The notes beneath the pieces were generated by a model, which worked only from the letters and a program-made list of their open reading frames with translations, searched no databases and was not told where the DNA came from. Positions 10,666-26,094 of a DNA stretch of 44,728 bases are shown in pieces. The position numbers and the translations under genes are program-made. Position 1 is the stretch's first letter. Every line of letters starts with the position of its first letter. The stretch lies in the NCBI RefSeq assembly GCF_003334315.1, contig NZ_QOWR01000039.1, one strand, 5' to 3'. Source of the DNA: Escherichia coli (GTDB lineage: Bacteria; Pseudomonadota; Gammaproteobacteria; Enterobacterales; Enterobacteriaceae).

Positions 10666-11832
10666 ATGAAAATAACAATTTCAGGAACAGGTTATGTTGG
10701 TCTTTCAAATGGTATTCTGATTGCGCAAAATCACGAAGTGGTTGCACTGGATATCGTTCAGGCCAAAGTGGACATGCTTAACAAGAAGCAGTCACCGATT
10801 GTTGATAAGGAGATTGAAGAGTATCTGGCGACTAAAGATCTCAATTTCCGCGCTACGACAGATAAGTATGACGCGTATAAAAATGCCGATTACGTTATTA
10901 TTGCCACACCTACCGATTATGATCCGAAAACAAATTATTTTAATACCTCAAGCGTGGAAGCGGTCATTCGCGATGTGACAGAAATTAATCCCAACGCGGT
11001 AATGGTGATTAAATCTACAATTCCGGTAGGTTTCACCAAATCAATTAAAGAACGTCTGGGTATCGATAACCTTATTTTCTCTCCGGAATTTCTCCGTGAA
11101 GGTAAAGCCCTTTACGATAATCTCCATCCTTCACGTATTGTCATTGGTGAGCGTTCAGAACGCGCAGAACGTTTTGCTGCGTTGTTACAGGAAGGCGCGA
11201 TTAAGCAAAATATCCCTACACTGTTTACCGACTCCACTGAAGCAGAAGCGATTAAACTTTTCGCTAATACCTATCTGGCCATGCGCGTAGCATACTTTAA
11301 TGAACTGGATAGCTATGCAGAAAGTTTAGGTCTGAATACTCGCCAGATTATCGAAGGCGTTTGTCTCGATCCGCGTATTGGCAACCATTACAACAATCCG
11401 TCGTTTGGTTATGGTGGTTATTGTCTGCCGAAAGATACCAAGCAGTTATTGGCGAACTACCAGTCTGTGCCGAATAACCTGATTTCGGCAATTGTCGATG
11501 CTAACCGCACGCGTAAAGACTTTATTGCCGATGCCATTTTGTCACGCAAACCGCAAGTGGTGGGTATTTATCGTCTGATTATGAAGAGCGGGTCAGATAA
11601 CTTCCGTGCGTCTTCCATTCAGGGGATTATGAAACGTATCAAGGCGAAAGGCGTTGAAGTGATCATTTACGAACCGGTGATGAAAGAAGACTCGTTCTTC
11701 AACTCTCGGCTGGAACGTGATCTCGCCACTTTCAAACAACAAGCCGACGTCATTATTTCCAACCGTATGGCAGAAGAGCTTAAGGATGTGGCAGACAAAG
11801 TCTACACCCGCGATCTCTTTGGCAGTGACTAA
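10666..11832 (+). CDS. ugd: UDP-glucose 6-dehydrogenase
   Basis: [29 protein letters not shown].. matches E. coli Ugd. The ATG at 10666 is preferred over the ORF-track start at 10639. Confidence 0.96.
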   Translation: MKITISGTGYVGLSNGILIAQNHEVVALDIVQAKVDMLNKKQSPIVDKEIEEYLATKDLNFRATTDKYDAYKNADYVIIATPTDYDPKTNYFNTSSVEAVIRDVTEINPNAVMVIKSTIPVGFTKSIKERLGIDNLIFSPEFLREGKALYDNLHPSRIVIGERSERAERFAALLQEGAIKQNIPTLFTDSTEAEAIKLFANTYLAMRVAYFNELDSYAESLGLNTRQIIEGVCLDPRIGNHYNNPSFGYGGYCLPKDTKQLLANYQSVPNNLISAIVDANRTRKDFIADAILSRKPQVVGIYRLIMKSGSDNFRASSIQGIMKRIKAKGVEVIIYEPVMKEDSFFNSRLERDLATFKQQADVIISNRMAEELKDVADKVYTRDLFGSD

Positions 11833-11841
11833 CATCCTGTT

Positions 11842-11870
11842 ATCAGGGCGATTTTCGCCCTGATTCTCTT
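11842..11870 (+). terminator. putative terminator hairpin after ugd
   Basis: ATCAGGGCG (11842-11850) pairs with CGCCCTGAT (11856-11864). The T tail is weak (tctctt). Confidence 0.5.
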
Positions 11871-11978
11871 ATGTTCCCTTTGTAATAATTCATTATTTTT
11901 ATCATTTATCCTATAGCATTCATGGCGATTATCGCTAAACTATGGCGACTTAAAATTATTTCGTCCGTTAGGGTAATG

Positions 11979-12956
11979 ATGAGAGTAGAAAATAATAATG
12001 TTTCTGGGCAAAACCATGACCCGGAACAGATTGATTTGATTGATTTACTGGTGCAGTTGTGGCGCGGCAAGATGACAATTATCATCTCTGTCATTGTCGC
12101 TATTGCCCTGGCTATAGGGTATTTGGCCGTTGCCAAAGAAAAGTGGACTTCCACAGCTATCGTTACTCAACCTGATGTGGGGCAAATCGCTGGTTATACC
12201 AACGCGATGAATGTGATTTACGGTCCGGCTGTACCGAAAGTCTCCGACATTCAGGCTTCACTTATCGGACGTTACAGCACTGCATTCTCAGCATTAGCGG
12301 AAACGCTGGATAACCAGGAAGAAGCAGAAAAGCTGACCATTGAGCCTACCGTCAAAAATCAGTCATTACCTTTAGCAGTTTCTTATGTTGGTGAAACAGC
12401 TGAAGGTGCGCAGAAGCAGCTGGCGAAGTATATCCAGCAAGTTGACGACCAGGTAAACGAAGAACTGGAAAAAGACCTGAAAGACAACATCGCGCTGCGT
12501 ATGAAAAACTTGCAGGATTCTCTGAAAACTCAGGAAGTAGTCGCGCAGGAACAGAAAGATCTGCGTATCCGTCAGATTCAGGAAGCGTTGCAGTATGCGA
12601 ATCAGGCGCAGGTGACAAAGCCACAGGTTCAGCAGACTGAAGATGTGACACAAGATACGTTGTTCCTTTTGGGGAGCGAAGCGCTGGAGTCGATGATTAA
12701 GCACGAGGCGACCCGTCCGTTGGTGTTCTCACCAAACTACTATCAGACACGTCAAAACCTGCTGGATATCGAAAGCTTAAAAGTTGATGATCTTGATATT
12801 CATGCTTACCGCTATGTAATGAAACCGACGTTACCTATTCGTCGCGATAGTCCGAAAAAGGCAATCACCTTGATTCTGGCGGTGCTGCTGGGCGGCATGG
12901 TTGGTGCGGGGATTGTGCTGGGGCGTAATGCTCTACGCAATTACAACGCGAAATAA
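11979..12956 (+). CDS. wzzB: O-antigen chain-length determinant (polysaccharide co-polymerase)
   Basis: MRVENNNVSGQNHDPEQIDLIDLLVQLWRGK.. matches E. coli WzzB/Cld. The ATG at 11979 corresponds to the K-12 N-terminus; the ORF-track start at 11922 is an upstream extension. Confidence 0.93.
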   Translation: MRVENNNVSGQNHDPEQIDLIDLLVQLWRGKMTIIISVIVAIALAIGYLAVAKEKWTSTAIVTQPDVGQIAGYTNAMNVIYGPAVPKVSDIQASLIGRYSTAFSALAETLDNQEEAEKLTIEPTVKNQSLPLAVSYVGETAEGAQKQLAKYIQQVDDQVNEELEKDLKDNIALRMKNLQDSLKTQEVVAQEQKDLRIRQIQEALQYANQAQVTKPQVQQTEDVTQDTLFLLGSEALESMIKHEATRPLVFSPNYYQTRQNLLDIESLKVDDLDIHAYRYVMKPTLPIRRDSPKKAITLILAVLLGGMVGAGIVLGRNALRNYNAK

Positions 12957-12973
12957 TCTTTGCAGCATTCAAG

Positions 12974-13011
12974 AAAACGGGCAGGGTGGTGACACCTTGC
13001 CCGTTTTTTTT
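12974..13011. terminator. terminator hairpin between the convergent genes wzzB and hisI
   Basis: An 11-bp stem (12976-12986 pairing with 12995-13005, one G-T wobble) is followed by T8 on the plus strand. An A run on the left gives weaker minus-strand activity. Confidence 0.75.
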
Positions 13012-13044
13012 GCCGGATGCGACAACAATATCGCATCCGCTTAC
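13012..13044. repeat. REP-like palindromic unit
   Basis: GCCGGATGCGAcaacaataTCGCATCCGCTTAC resembles the REP consensus (GCCGGATGCG...CGCATCCGGC). Confidence 0.5.
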
Positions 13045-13052
13045 CCCGCAAC

Positions 13053-13657
13053 TCACTGATGCCGTTTACGCAGGTTCTCAATTACCGTCGTTAAATCCAG
13101 ATCCTGATCCTGCAACAGCACCAGCAGGTGATACATCAAATCAGATGCCTCGTTGGTCAGCTCAAAGCGGTCATGTACCGTCGCTGCCAGTGCGGTTTCC
13201 ACGCCTTCTTCACCTACTTTCTGCGCAATGCGTTTGGTGCCGCTGGCATACAGTTTGGCGGTGTAGGAGGTTTCCGGGTCGGCAGATTTGCGTTCGGCGA
13301 GCAGTTGTTCCAGTTGATACAGGAACAGCCATTGGTGAGCGGTGTCGCCGAAGCAGCTGCTGGTGCCTTTGTGGCAGGTTGGTCCGATAGGATTCGCCAG
13401 TACCAGTAGCGTGTCGTTGTCGCAGTCCGGCGCAATATTTACTACGTTGAGGAAATTGCCCGACGTTTCGCCTTTGGTCCACAGTCGCTGTTTAGTGCGC
13501 GAGAAGAAAGTGACTTTGCCGCTTTCGATGGTTTTGTCTAAGGCTTGCGGGTTCATATAGCCCAGCATTAACACTTCACCGGATACCGCGTGTTGCACAA
13601 TCACCGGCATAAGTCCGTCGGTTTTTTCCCAGTCCAGTTCGCGACGTTGTTGTTCTG

Positions 13658-13664
<7 letters not shown>
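13053..13664 (-). CDS. hisI: bifunctional phosphoribosyl-AMP cyclohydrolase / phosphoribosyl-ATP pyrophosphatase
   Basis: [38 protein letters not shown].. matches E. coli HisIE (203 aa). Confidence 0.97.
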
Positions 13665-15742
<2,078 letters not shown>

Positions 15743-15743
<1 letters not shown>

Positions 15744-16809
15744 TACAGCACTCCTTTCGACGACGGCAGGGTGTCGCCTTCCACGCGGATGGCCTGGCGC
15801 AGGGTGCGACCAAAGGCTTTGAACAGGCTCTCTACACGGTGGTGATCGTTTTTACCTTTAGTTTTCAGGTGTAGCGTCACGCCCATGGTGTAAGAGAGCG
15901 AACGGAAGAAGTGCTCGATCATTTCGGTGCTGAGATCGCCCACGCGTTGGTAGGTAAACTCGGCTTTATATTCCAGGTGCGGGCGACCAGAGATATCCAG
16001 CGCGCAGCGGGCAAGGCATTCGTCCATCGGTAGCACAAAACCAAAGCGGCAAATACCGCGTTTGTCTCCGAGGGCGATTTTTAGCGCTTCGCCCAGCGCC
16101 AGGCCGGTATCTTCGACGGTGTGGTGATCGTCGATATAGAGGTCGCCTTTGACGTTGATTTCCATGCGGAAACCGCCGTGGGTGGCGATCTGATCCAGCA
16201 TGTGATCAAAGAAGCCAACACCGGTGTTAATCTTGCTGCCACCTTCGCGATCCAGCCACACCTGGACGTCAATTTGCGTCTCTTTGGTGTTGCGCACTAC
16301 ATGGGCGTAACGGTCTCGTTTAGTGAGTTGCTCGCCAATCATCGGCCAGTTCAGGATTTCGCGGTCGTAGCGTAAACCATTAATGCCCATGTTTTCCGCC
16401 AGTTGAATGTCGGTCGCGCGATCGCCAATCACATAACTGTTAGCGCGATCCATCGCTTGCTCAGCCAGATAACGCTCTACCAGTTTTACTTTCGGCTTAC
16501 GGCAGTCGCACTCATCGGCGGGCAGGTGCGGACAAATCAGCACTTCATCAAACTGCACGCCTTGCGAGGTGAAGATCTGCATCATCAGGTTGTGCGGGCC
16601 ATCGAAATCCGCCTGCGGGAAACTTTGTGTTCCCAGACCATCCTGATTAGTGATCATCACCAGCTTGTAGCCCGCTTTTTGCAGCTTCAGCAGCTGTGGG
16701 ATCACGCCCGGTTCAAAGGCGAGTTTGTCAAAACGGTCCACCTGAAAATCACTCGGCGGTTCGCTAATCAGGGTTCCATCGCGATCGATAAAAAGATACT
16801 TCTGACTCA

Positions 16810-16810
<1 letters not shown>
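15743..16810 (-). CDS. hisB: bifunctional histidinol-phosphatase / imidazoleglycerol-phosphate dehydratase
   Basis: [25 protein letters not shown].. matches HisB. The ATG at 16810 overlaps the hisC stop. Confidence 0.97.
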
Positions 16811-19181
<2,371 letters not shown>

Positions 19182-19186
19182 GGCGA

Positions 19187-20086
19187 TCACTCCATCATCT
19201 TCTCAATCGGCAGGACCAGAATTGAACTGGCACCCAGCGCTTTCAGTTTTTCCATCGTTTCCCAGAACAGGGTTTCGCTACTGACCATGTGCATCGCTAC
19301 GCGCTGTTGATCACCCGCCAGCGGTAGAATAGTTGGGCGTTCGGCACCTGGCAGCAGGGCGATGACTTCATCCAGACGTTCGGTCGGTGCGTGCATCATG
19401 ATGTATTTTGATTCGCGCGCCTGGATCACACCCTGAATACGGGTCAGCAGTTTGTCGATCAGTTGCTGTTTGGATTCTTCCATTTCGCCATCGCGTTGAA
19501 TCAGGCAGGCTTTCGAGCGATAGATAACTTCGACTTCGCGCAGGCCGTTAGCTTCCAGCGTGGCACCGGTGGAAACCAGATCGCAAATCGCATCCGCCAG
19601 TCCGGCACGCGGGGCGACTTCAACAGAACCGTTCAGTAAGCAGGATTTAAAAGAGATGCCTTTCTGGTCGAGATAACGCTTGAGCAGGTGAGGATAAGAG
19701 GTGGCGATACGTTTACCGTTTAAGGAGAGCGGACCGTCCCAGGCTTCATCAACCGGTGTTGCCAGCGAAAGACGACAGCCGCCGAAATCCAGACGACGCA
19801 GGGTAAAGTAGCGTGGATCTTCACCCTGGGCGCGGCGGTTAAGCAGTTCTTCTTCCAGCACGTTTTCGCCGATAATTCCAAGGTCTACCACGCCGTCCAT
19901 TACCAGACCGGGAATGTCGTCGTCACGCACGCGCAGAATATCAATCGGCATGTTTTCTGCCATCGCGATCAGGCGCTGGGTGTGAAGATTGATTTTAATG
20001 CCACAGCGCGCCAGCAATTCGCGTGAGTCATCACTTAAACGGCCGGATTTCTGCATAGCTATGCGTAAACGAGTGTTGTCTGTCAT
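19187..20086 (-). CDS. hisG: ATP phosphoribosyltransferase
   Basis: [25 protein letters not shown].. matches HisG (299 aa). The ATG at 20086 is preferred over the ORF-track extension. Confidence 0.97.
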
Positions 20087-20131
20087 TTTCTTATTCCTCT
20101 TTAAACCTGTCTGAACCGTTATCAACCGCGC

Positions 20132-20231
20132 AATAAAAAAGCCCCCGGAAGGTGATCTTCCGGGGGCTTTCTCATGCGTTCATGCACCACTGGAAGATCT
20201 GAATGTCTTCCAGCACACATCGCCTGAAAGA
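20132..20231 (-). promoter_or_regulatory. his operon attenuator (leader RNA; terminator hairpin at 20132-20167)
   Basis: On the minus strand, GCCCCCGGAAG-atcac-CTTCCGGGGGC is followed by TTTTTTATT, immediately downstream of the His-rich leader peptide. Confidence 0.9.
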
Positions 20232-20282
20232 CTAGTCAGGATGATGGTGATGATGGTGGTGTTTAAATTGAACGCGTGTCAT
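20232..20282 (-). CDS. hisL: his operon leader peptide
   Basis: The minus strand reads ATG ACA CGC GTT CAA TTT AAA CAC CAC CAT CAT CAC CAT CAT CCT GAC TAG = MTRVQFKHHHHHHHPD, with seven consecutive His codons. Confidence 0.95.
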   Translation of the reverse strand: MTRVQFKHHHHHHHPD

Positions 20283-20320
20283 AAAAGTCTCTGTGAATGT
20301 TTATTCAACTGATGTCTTTT

Positions 20321-20350
20321 AACCTAAACCACTTTCACGTTAGAAAGCAA
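20321..20350 (-). promoter_or_regulatory. probable his operon promoter
   Basis: The minus strand has TTGCTT (20350-20345), an 18-nt spacer and TAGGTT (20326-20321). This sits upstream of hisL at the position I recall for the enterobacterial his promoter. Confidence 0.5.
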
Positions 20351-20531
20351 GGGCTTTTTTATATATTTTATGGTAATGGATTTGTTTAATGAATGAGCGG
20401 GGAAAGGAGGGCGCTAAGAGGACTGTCCTCTAAGCTGACGGCACCAAAAATAGCGAAGCCTGGATTTTCGTCTCACTGACAATACCTTGATCTACAAACT
20501 AATTAATAAATAGTTAATTAACGCCCATCAT

Positions 20532-20549
20532 TGTACAATGAACTGTACA
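20532..20549 (+). promoter_or_regulatory. YefM-YoeB operator palindromes
   Basis: Two TGTACA hexamers (20532-20537 and 20544-20549) lie just upstream of the yefM SD/ATG. TGTACA cores are the published YefM-YoeB operator motif. Confidence 0.65.
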
Positions 20550-20564
20550 AAAGAGGAGATTGAC

Positions 20565-20816
20565 ATGCGTACAATTAGCTACAGCGAAGCGCGTCAGAAT
20601 TTGTCGGCAACAATGATGAAAGCCGTTGAAGATCATGCCCCGATCCTTATTACTCGTCAGAATGGAGAGGCTTGTGTTCTGATGTCACTCGAAGAATACA
20701 ACTCGCTGGAAGAGACGGCTTATCTACTGCGCTCCCCCGCTAACGCCCGGAGATTGATGGACTCAATCGATAGCCTGAAATCAGGCAAAGGAACAGAAAA
20801 GGACATTATTGAGTGA
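20565..20816 (+). CDS. yefM: antitoxin YefM (type II TA)
   Basis: [45 protein letters not shown].. matches YefM (83 aa), with a GAGGAG SD upstream. Confidence 0.95.
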
Positions 20817-21067
20817 AACTAATCTGGTCTGAGGAATCATGGGATGATTATCTGTACTGGCAGGAAACAGATAAGCGAATTGTTAAAAAGATCAATGAAC
20901 TTATCAAAGATACCCGCAGAACGCCATTTGAAGGTAAGGGGAAGCCAGAACCCCTGAAACATAATTTGTCAGGTTTCTGGTCCCGACGCATTACAGAGGA
21001 GCACCGTCTGGTATACGCGGTTACCGACGATTCACTGCTCATTGCAGCATGTCGTTATCATTATTGA
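20813..21067 (+). CDS. yoeB: toxin YoeB (ribosome-dependent mRNA interferase)
   Basis: [33 protein letters not shown].. matches YoeB (84 aa). Its GTG start overlaps the yefM stop. Confidence 0.95.
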
Positions 21068-21071
21068 ACAG

Positions 21072-21100
21072 ATTCATTCATAGAATGAATTGTCAGTTTT
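21072..21100 (+). terminator. possible terminator hairpin after yoeB
   Basis: ATTCATTC (21072-21079) pairs with GAATGAAT (21083-21090) around a 3-nt loop. A short T4 run follows 6 nt downstream. Confidence 0.35.
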
Positions 21101-21149
21101 GATACGCTAGCGTAGCCTTATAGATCTAAGGTGTATCAGGAGATAACGG

Positions 21150-21974
21150 ATGAAAAAGGTCGCAATTGTCGGGTTAGGGTGGTTAGGCATGCCGCTGGCG
21201 ATGTCACTTTCAGCGCGAGGCTGGCAAGTCACCGGGAGTAAAACCACACAAGATGGTGTCGAAGCGTCCCGAATGAGTGGCATTGATAGCTATCTGCTTC
21301 GCATGGAGCCTGAGTTAGTTTGCGATTCTGACGATCTGGATGCCCTGATGGATGCCGATGCGCTGGTCATTACGCTTCCGGCACGTCGTAGCGGCCCCGG
21401 CGATGAGTTCTATTTACAAGCGGTACAAGAGTTAGTGGATAGCGCGCTGGCTCATCGTATTCCCCGCATTATTTTCACCAGCTCAACGTCTGTCTATGGC
21501 GACGCGCAAGGCACGGTGAAAGAAACTACCCCGCGTAATCCGGTAACCAACAGTGGAAGAGTATTAGAAGAACTCGAAGACTGGCTGCACAATTTACCCG
21601 GTACTTCGGTCGATATTCTGCGTCTTGCGGGCCTTGTCGGACCGGGACGTCATCCCGGACGCTTCTTTGCCGGAAAAACCGCGCCTGATGGTGAACATGG
21701 TGTTAATTTAGTCCATTTAGAAGATGTTATTGGCGCTATCACTCTGTTGTTACAGGCACCTAAAGGCGGACACATCTATAATATATGTGCGCCAGCTCAC
21801 CCTGCGCGTAATGTTTTCTATCCGCAGATGGCCCGTTTACTGGGGCTGGAACCTCCGCAGTTCAGAAATAGTCTGGACAGCGGCAAAGGTAAGATTATTG
21901 ATGGCAGTCGGATTTGTAATGAACTGGGATTTGAATACCAGTATCCCGATCCGCTGGTAATGCCGCTGGAGTAA
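21150..21974 (+). CDS. yeeZ: NAD(P)-binding epimerase/dehydratase-family protein YeeZ
   Basis: MKKVAIVGLGWLGMPLAMSLSARGWQVTGSKTT.. matches E. coli YeeZ (274 aa). Confidence 0.9.
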   Translation: MKKVAIVGLGWLGMPLAMSLSARGWQVTGSKTTQDGVEASRMSGIDSYLLRMEPELVCDSDDLDALMDADALVITLPARRSGPGDEFYLQAVQELVDSALAHRIPRIIFTSSTSVYGDAQGTVKETTPRNPVTNSGRVLEELEDWLHNLPGTSVDILRLAGLVGPGRHPGRFFAGKTAPDGEHGVNLVHLEDVIGAITLLLQAPKGGHIYNICAPAHPARNVFYPQMARLLGLEPPQFRNSLDSGKGKIIDGSRICNELGFEYQYPDPLVMPLE

Positions 21975-22019
21975 ACGATCACGCCAGCAGGACGCCGCAT
22001 GCACTGCAAGGGGGCGTGT

Positions 22020-22949
22020 ATGAAACCACTGCTGGATGTGTTGATGATCCTCGATGCCTTAGAAAAAGAAGGCAGTTTTGCGGCGGCGTCGGCCAAACTC
22101 TACAAGACGCCGTCCGCTCTGAGTTACACCGTTCACAAGCTGGAAAGCGACCTTAATATTCAATTGCTTGATCGTAGCGGTCACCGCGCTAAATTCACCC
22201 GTACCGGAAAAATGTTATTAGAGAAGGGGCGGGAAGTTCTGCATACCGTGCGAGAACTGGAAAAGCAGGCGATCAAACTGCATGAAGGCTGGGAAAACGA
22301 GCTGGTGATTGGCGTGGACGACACGTTTCCTTTTTCTCTGCTTGCGCCACTGATTGAAGCTTTTTATCAACATCATAGCGTGACGCGCCTGAAGTTTATC
22401 AATGGCGTACTCGGTGGTTCCTGGGATGCCCTGACTCAGGGGCGAGCGGATATTATTGTTGGCGCGATGCATGAGCCACCATCTTCCAGTGAGTTTGGTT
22501 TCTCGCGGTTGGGCGATCTGGAACAAGTCTTTGCGGTCGCGCCTCATCATCCGTTAGCCCTGGAAGAAGAACCGTTAAACCGTCGTATCATTAAGCGATA
22601 TCGGGCGATTGTGGTGGGGGATACTGCGCAGGCCGGCGCTTCTACGGCCTCACAACTTCTCGACGAACAAGAAGCCATTACCGTTTTCGATTTTAAAACC
22701 AAGCTGGAGCTGCAAATTAGCGGCCTCGGCTGCGGCTATTTACCCCGTTATCTGGCGCAACGTTTTCTCGATAGTGGCGCGTTAATCGAGAAGAAAGTGG
22801 TCGCCCAAACTCTCTTTGAACCCGTCTGGATTGGCTGGAACGAACAGACCGCAGGGCTTGCCAGCGGCTGGTGGCGAGATGAAATTTTAGCAAATAGTGC
22901 GATCGCCGGTGTTTATGCAAAATCTGATGACGGAAAATCAGCCATTTAA
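22020..22949 (+). CDS. yeeY: LysR-family transcriptional regulator YeeY
   Basis: MKPLLDVLMILDALEKEGSFAAASAKLYKTPSALSYTVHKLE.. matches YeeY (309 aa) from the ATG at 22020. Confidence 0.9.
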   Translation: MKPLLDVLMILDALEKEGSFAAASAKLYKTPSALSYTVHKLESDLNIQLLDRSGHRAKFTRTGKMLLEKGREVLHTVRELEKQAIKLHEGWENELVIGVDDTFPFSLLAPLIEAFYQHHSVTRLKFINGVLGGSWDALTQGRADIIVGAMHEPPSSSEFGFSRLGDLEQVFAVAPHHPLALEEEPLNRRIIKRYRAIVVGDTAQAGASTASQLLDEQEAITVFDFKTKLELQISGLGCGYLPRYLAQRFLDSGALIEKKVVAQTLFEPVWIGWNEQTAGLASGWWRDEILANSAIAGVYAKSDDGKSAI

Positions 22950-23035
22950 AGAAAAATTATTATGACAAGCCTCTCATTCTCTTGTCATTTCCCCCCCATT
23001 TAGGCACAATGCGCCGCTGTCAAAAAATGACTAAA

Positions 23036-23067
23036 AACCGACGTTTCATCAGCGTCGGTTATTTTTT
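23036..23067 (+). terminator. rho-independent terminator downstream of yeeY
   Basis: AACCGACG (23036-23043) pairs with CGTCGGTT (23053-23060), followed by ATTTTTT. Confidence 0.7.
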
Positions 23068-23215
23068 GCTTCAAACCAATCATTCATACCAAGAGGCCGG
23101 GCTTCGTACCGGATAGATATTTACTAAAAATCGACAGTTGTTGTCGCTGAGGAATCCAAAAAAATGGGGCAATTTTTTGCTTACGCGACGGTTATCACCG
23201 TAAAGGAGAATGACC

Positions 23216-24574
23216 ATGTCGCATAACGTTACTCCAAACACCTCTCGCGTGGAATTGCGTAAAACGCTTACGTTAGTTCCGGTTGTAATGATGGGTCTTG
23301 CCTATATGCAGCCGATGACGCTGTTTGATACTTTTGGTATCGTTTCAGGCCTCACGGATGGTCATGTGCCGACAGCCTATGCGTTCGCATTGATTGCGAT
23401 CCTGTTTACGGCTCTGAGCTACGGGAAGCTGGTTCGCCGCTATCCTTCTGCTGGCTCTGCATATACTTACGCCCAGAAATCCATTAGCCCGACTGTCGGC
23501 TTTATGGTGGGTTGGTCTTCTCTGCTCGACTATCTGTTCGCGCCGATGATCAACATTCTGCTGGCGAAAATCTATTTTGAAGCTCTGGTGCCTTCTATCC
23601 CATCGTGGATGTTTGTGGTGGCGCTGGTGGCCTTTATGACCGCCTTTAACCTGCGTAGTCTGAAATCCGTAGCGAACTTCAACACTGTAATCGTCGTGTT
23701 GCAGGTAGTGCTGATCGCGGTGATTCTGGGCATGGTTGTTTATGGCGTATTTGAAGGTGAAGGCGCTGGTACGCTGGCGAGCACTCGTCCGTTCTGGTCT
23801 GGCGATGCGCATGTTATCCCGATGATTACCGGGGCGACAATCCTGTGCTTCTCCTTTACCGGCTTTGACGGCATCAGCAATCTGTCGGAAGAAACCAAAG
23901 ATGCAGAGCGCGTGATCCCGCGTGCGATTTTCCTGACCGCGCTGATTGGCGGCATGATCTTCATCTTTGCAACTTACTTCCTGCAGCTGTACTTCCCGGA
24001 TATCTCTCGCTTTAAAGATCCGGATGCGTCACAGCCTGAAATCATGCTGTATGTTGCAGGTAAAGCATTCCAGGTTGGTGCGCTGATCTTCTCCACCATT
24101 ACCGTACTGGCGTCCGGTATGGCGGCGCATGCAGGCGTTGCGCGTCTGATGTACGTAATGGGGCGTGACGGCGTATTCCCGAAAAGCTTCTTCGGTTATG
24201 TACACCCGAAATGGCGTACTCCGGCGATGAACATCATCCTGGTTGGCGCGATTGCCTTGCTGGCAATCAACTTCGACCTGGTAATGGCTACAGCGCTGAT
24301 CAACTTTGGTGCGTTGGTGGCGTTCACCTTCGTTAACCTGTCGGTCATCTCGCAGTTCTGGATCCGTGAGAAGCGTAACAAGACGCTGAAAGATCACTTC
24401 CAGTATCTGTTCCTGCCGATGTGTGGTGCGCTGACCGTTGGTGCGCTGTGGGTTAACCTGGAAGAAAGCTCAATGGTTCTGGGTCTGATCTGGGCGGCTA
24501 TCGGTCTGATTTACCTGGCTTGCGTCACCAAGAGTTTCCGTAATCCGGTTCCGCAGTACGAAGACGTAGCGTAA
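23216..24574 (+). CDS. plaP: putrescine importer PlaP (APC family)
   Basis: [33 protein letters not shown].. matches PlaP/YeeF (452 aa). The AAGGAG SD lies 6 nt before the ATG at 23216. Confidence 0.93.
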   Translation: MSHNVTPNTSRVELRKTLTLVPVVMMGLAYMQPMTLFDTFGIVSGLTDGHVPTAYAFALIAILFTALSYGKLVRRYPSAGSAYTYAQKSISPTVGFMVGWSSLLDYLFAPMINILLAKIYFEALVPSIPSWMFVVALVAFMTAFNLRSLKSVANFNTVIVVLQVVLIAVILGMVVYGVFEGEGAGTLASTRPFWSGDAHVIPMITGATILCFSFTGFDGISNLSEETKDAERVIPRAIFLTALIGGMIFIFATYFLQLYFPDISRFKDPDASQPEIMLYVAGKAFQVGALIFSTITVLASGMAAHAGVARLMYVMGRDGVFPKSFFGYVHPKWRTPAMNIILVGAIALLAINFDLVMATALINFGALVAFTFVNLSVISQFWIREKRNKTLKDHFQYLFLPMCGALTVGALWVNLEESSMVLGLIWAAIGLIYLACVTKSFRNPVPQYEDVA

Positions 24575-24591
24575 TCATCTTTTGTAATAAT

Positions 24592-24629
24592 AAACCGGAG
24601 TCGAATGAATATTGGGCTCCGGTTTTTTT
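24592..24629 (+). terminator. rho-independent terminator of plaP
   Basis: AAACCGGAG (24592-24600) pairs with CTCCGGTTT (24617-24625), running into T7. Confidence 0.8.
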
Positions 24630-24752
24630 ATTCTTTTTTATCGACATCCTCATTAATAACCATTTGTTCTAATTTAGAGAATTTGGTTATTGGTCTGCAT
24701 TCCACCAGTCATGAATAATTTCCCTATTAACATTCATCTGGTTAATTAATTT

Positions 24753-25811
24753 ATGTTTTCAATGATATTAAGCGGGCTAATTTGTGGTGCTCTGCTGGGA
24801 TTTGTCATGCAGCGTGGGCGTTTTTGCCTGACTGGTGGTTTTCGCGATATGTATATCGCGAAAAATAATCGCATGTTTTATGCCCTGCTGATTGCAATTT
24901 CGGTACAAAGCGTGGGGGTTTTTGCGTTAATTCAGGCGGGCCTACTGACTTACGAAGCCGGGGCGTTCCCGTGGCTTGGTACTGTTATAGGTGGGTATAT
25001 CTTCGGGCTGGGAATTGTTCTGGCGGGTGGATGTGCCACCGGGACCTGGTATCGCGCGGGTGAGGGATTGATCGGCAGTTGGATCGCGCTTTTCACTTAT
25101 ATGGTGATGAGTGCGGTGATGCGTTCTCCACATGCCAGTGGTTTAAATCAAACCTTGCAGCACTACAGTACTGAACATAACTCTATTGCTGAGACTTTTA
25201 ATTTGTCTGTGTGGCCGTTGGTTGCCGTTTTGCTGGTGATAACGCTCTGGGTGGTGATGAAAGAGTTGAAGAAGCCAAAACTCAAAGTCGCGACCTTACC
25301 GCCGCGCCGAACCGGGATCGCTCATATTCTGTTTGAAAAACGCTGGCATCCCTTTGTCACTGCTGTACTCATCGGTTTGATTGCGCTTTTAGCCTGGCCC
25401 CTGAGTGAAGCAACCGGACGCATGTTTGGGTTAGGAATCACTTCCCCAACGGCCAATATTCTGCAATTTCTGGTCGCGGGTGACGTGAAATACATTAACT
25501 GGGGCGTTTTCCTGGTGTTAGGGATCTTCGTGGGGTCATTTATTGCAGCCAAAGCGAGCCGTGAGTTCCGCGTTCGCGCAGCTGATGCACAAACAACATT
25601 ACGTAGCGGGTTAGGTGGTGTACTGATGGGCTTCGGTGCCAGTATTGCAGGTGGTTGCTCTATCGGTAATGGACTGGTTATGACTGCAATGATGACCTGG
25701 CAGGGCTGGATTGGCCTTGTATTTATGATTCTCGGAGTCTGGACTGCGTCCTGGCTTGTGTATGTTCGACCGCAGCGTAAGGCGCGACTGGCAACTGCTG
25801 CGGCAAATTAA
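24753..25811 (+). CDS. yeeE: inner-membrane thiosulfate/sulfur-compound transporter YeeE
   Basis: MFSMILSGLICGALLGFVMQRGRFCLTGGFRD.. matches YeeE (352 aa). Confidence 0.92.
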   Translation: MFSMILSGLICGALLGFVMQRGRFCLTGGFRDMYIAKNNRMFYALLIAISVQSVGVFALIQAGLLTYEAGAFPWLGTVIGGYIFGLGIVLAGGCATGTWYRAGEGLIGSWIALFTYMVMSAVMRSPHASGLNQTLQHYSTEHNSIAETFNLSVWPLVAVLLVITLWVVMKELKKPKLKVATLPPRRTGIAHILFEKRWHPFVTAVLIGLIALLAWPLSEATGRMFGLGITSPTANILQFLVAGDVKYINWGVFLVLGIFVGSFIAAKASREFRVRAADAQTTLRSGLGGVLMGFGASIAGGCSIGNGLVMTAMMTWQGWIGLVFMILGVWTASWLVYVRPQRKARLATAAAN

Positions 25812-25824
25812 GTAAGGTGTAAAG

Positions 25825-26052
25825 ATGGCGATTAAAAAGCTGGATGTGGTGACGCAGGTCTGTCCGTTTCCACTCATAGAAGCAAAAGCAGCACTGGCAG
25901 AAATGGCCAGCGGCGATGAGTTGGTAATTGAGTTTGATTGCACCCAGGCAACAGAAGCAATCCCACAATGGGCGGCAGAAGAAGGACATGCCATCACCGA
26001 TTATCAGCAGATTGGCGATGCTGCGTGGAGCATCACCGTTCAAAAAGCCTGA
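25825..26052 (+). CDS. yeeD: TusA-like sulfurtransferase YeeD
   Basis: MAIKKLDVVTQVCPFPLIEAKAAL.. has the CPxP TusA-family motif (75 aa). Confidence 0.92.
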   Translation: MAIKKLDVVTQVCPFPLIEAKAALAEMASGDELVIEFDCTQATEAIPQWAAEEGHAITDYQQIGDAAWSITVQKA

Positions 26053-26063
26053 CCCAACATTGT

Positions 26064-26087
26064 CCTCCGCCGTATCAGCGGCGGAGG
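26064..26087. terminator. hairpin between the convergent genes yeeD and sbcB
   Basis: CCTCCGCCG (26064-26072) pairs with CGGCGGAGG (26079-26087). The flanking T tracts are poor. Confidence 0.55.
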
Positions 26088-26094
26088 CTTCAAA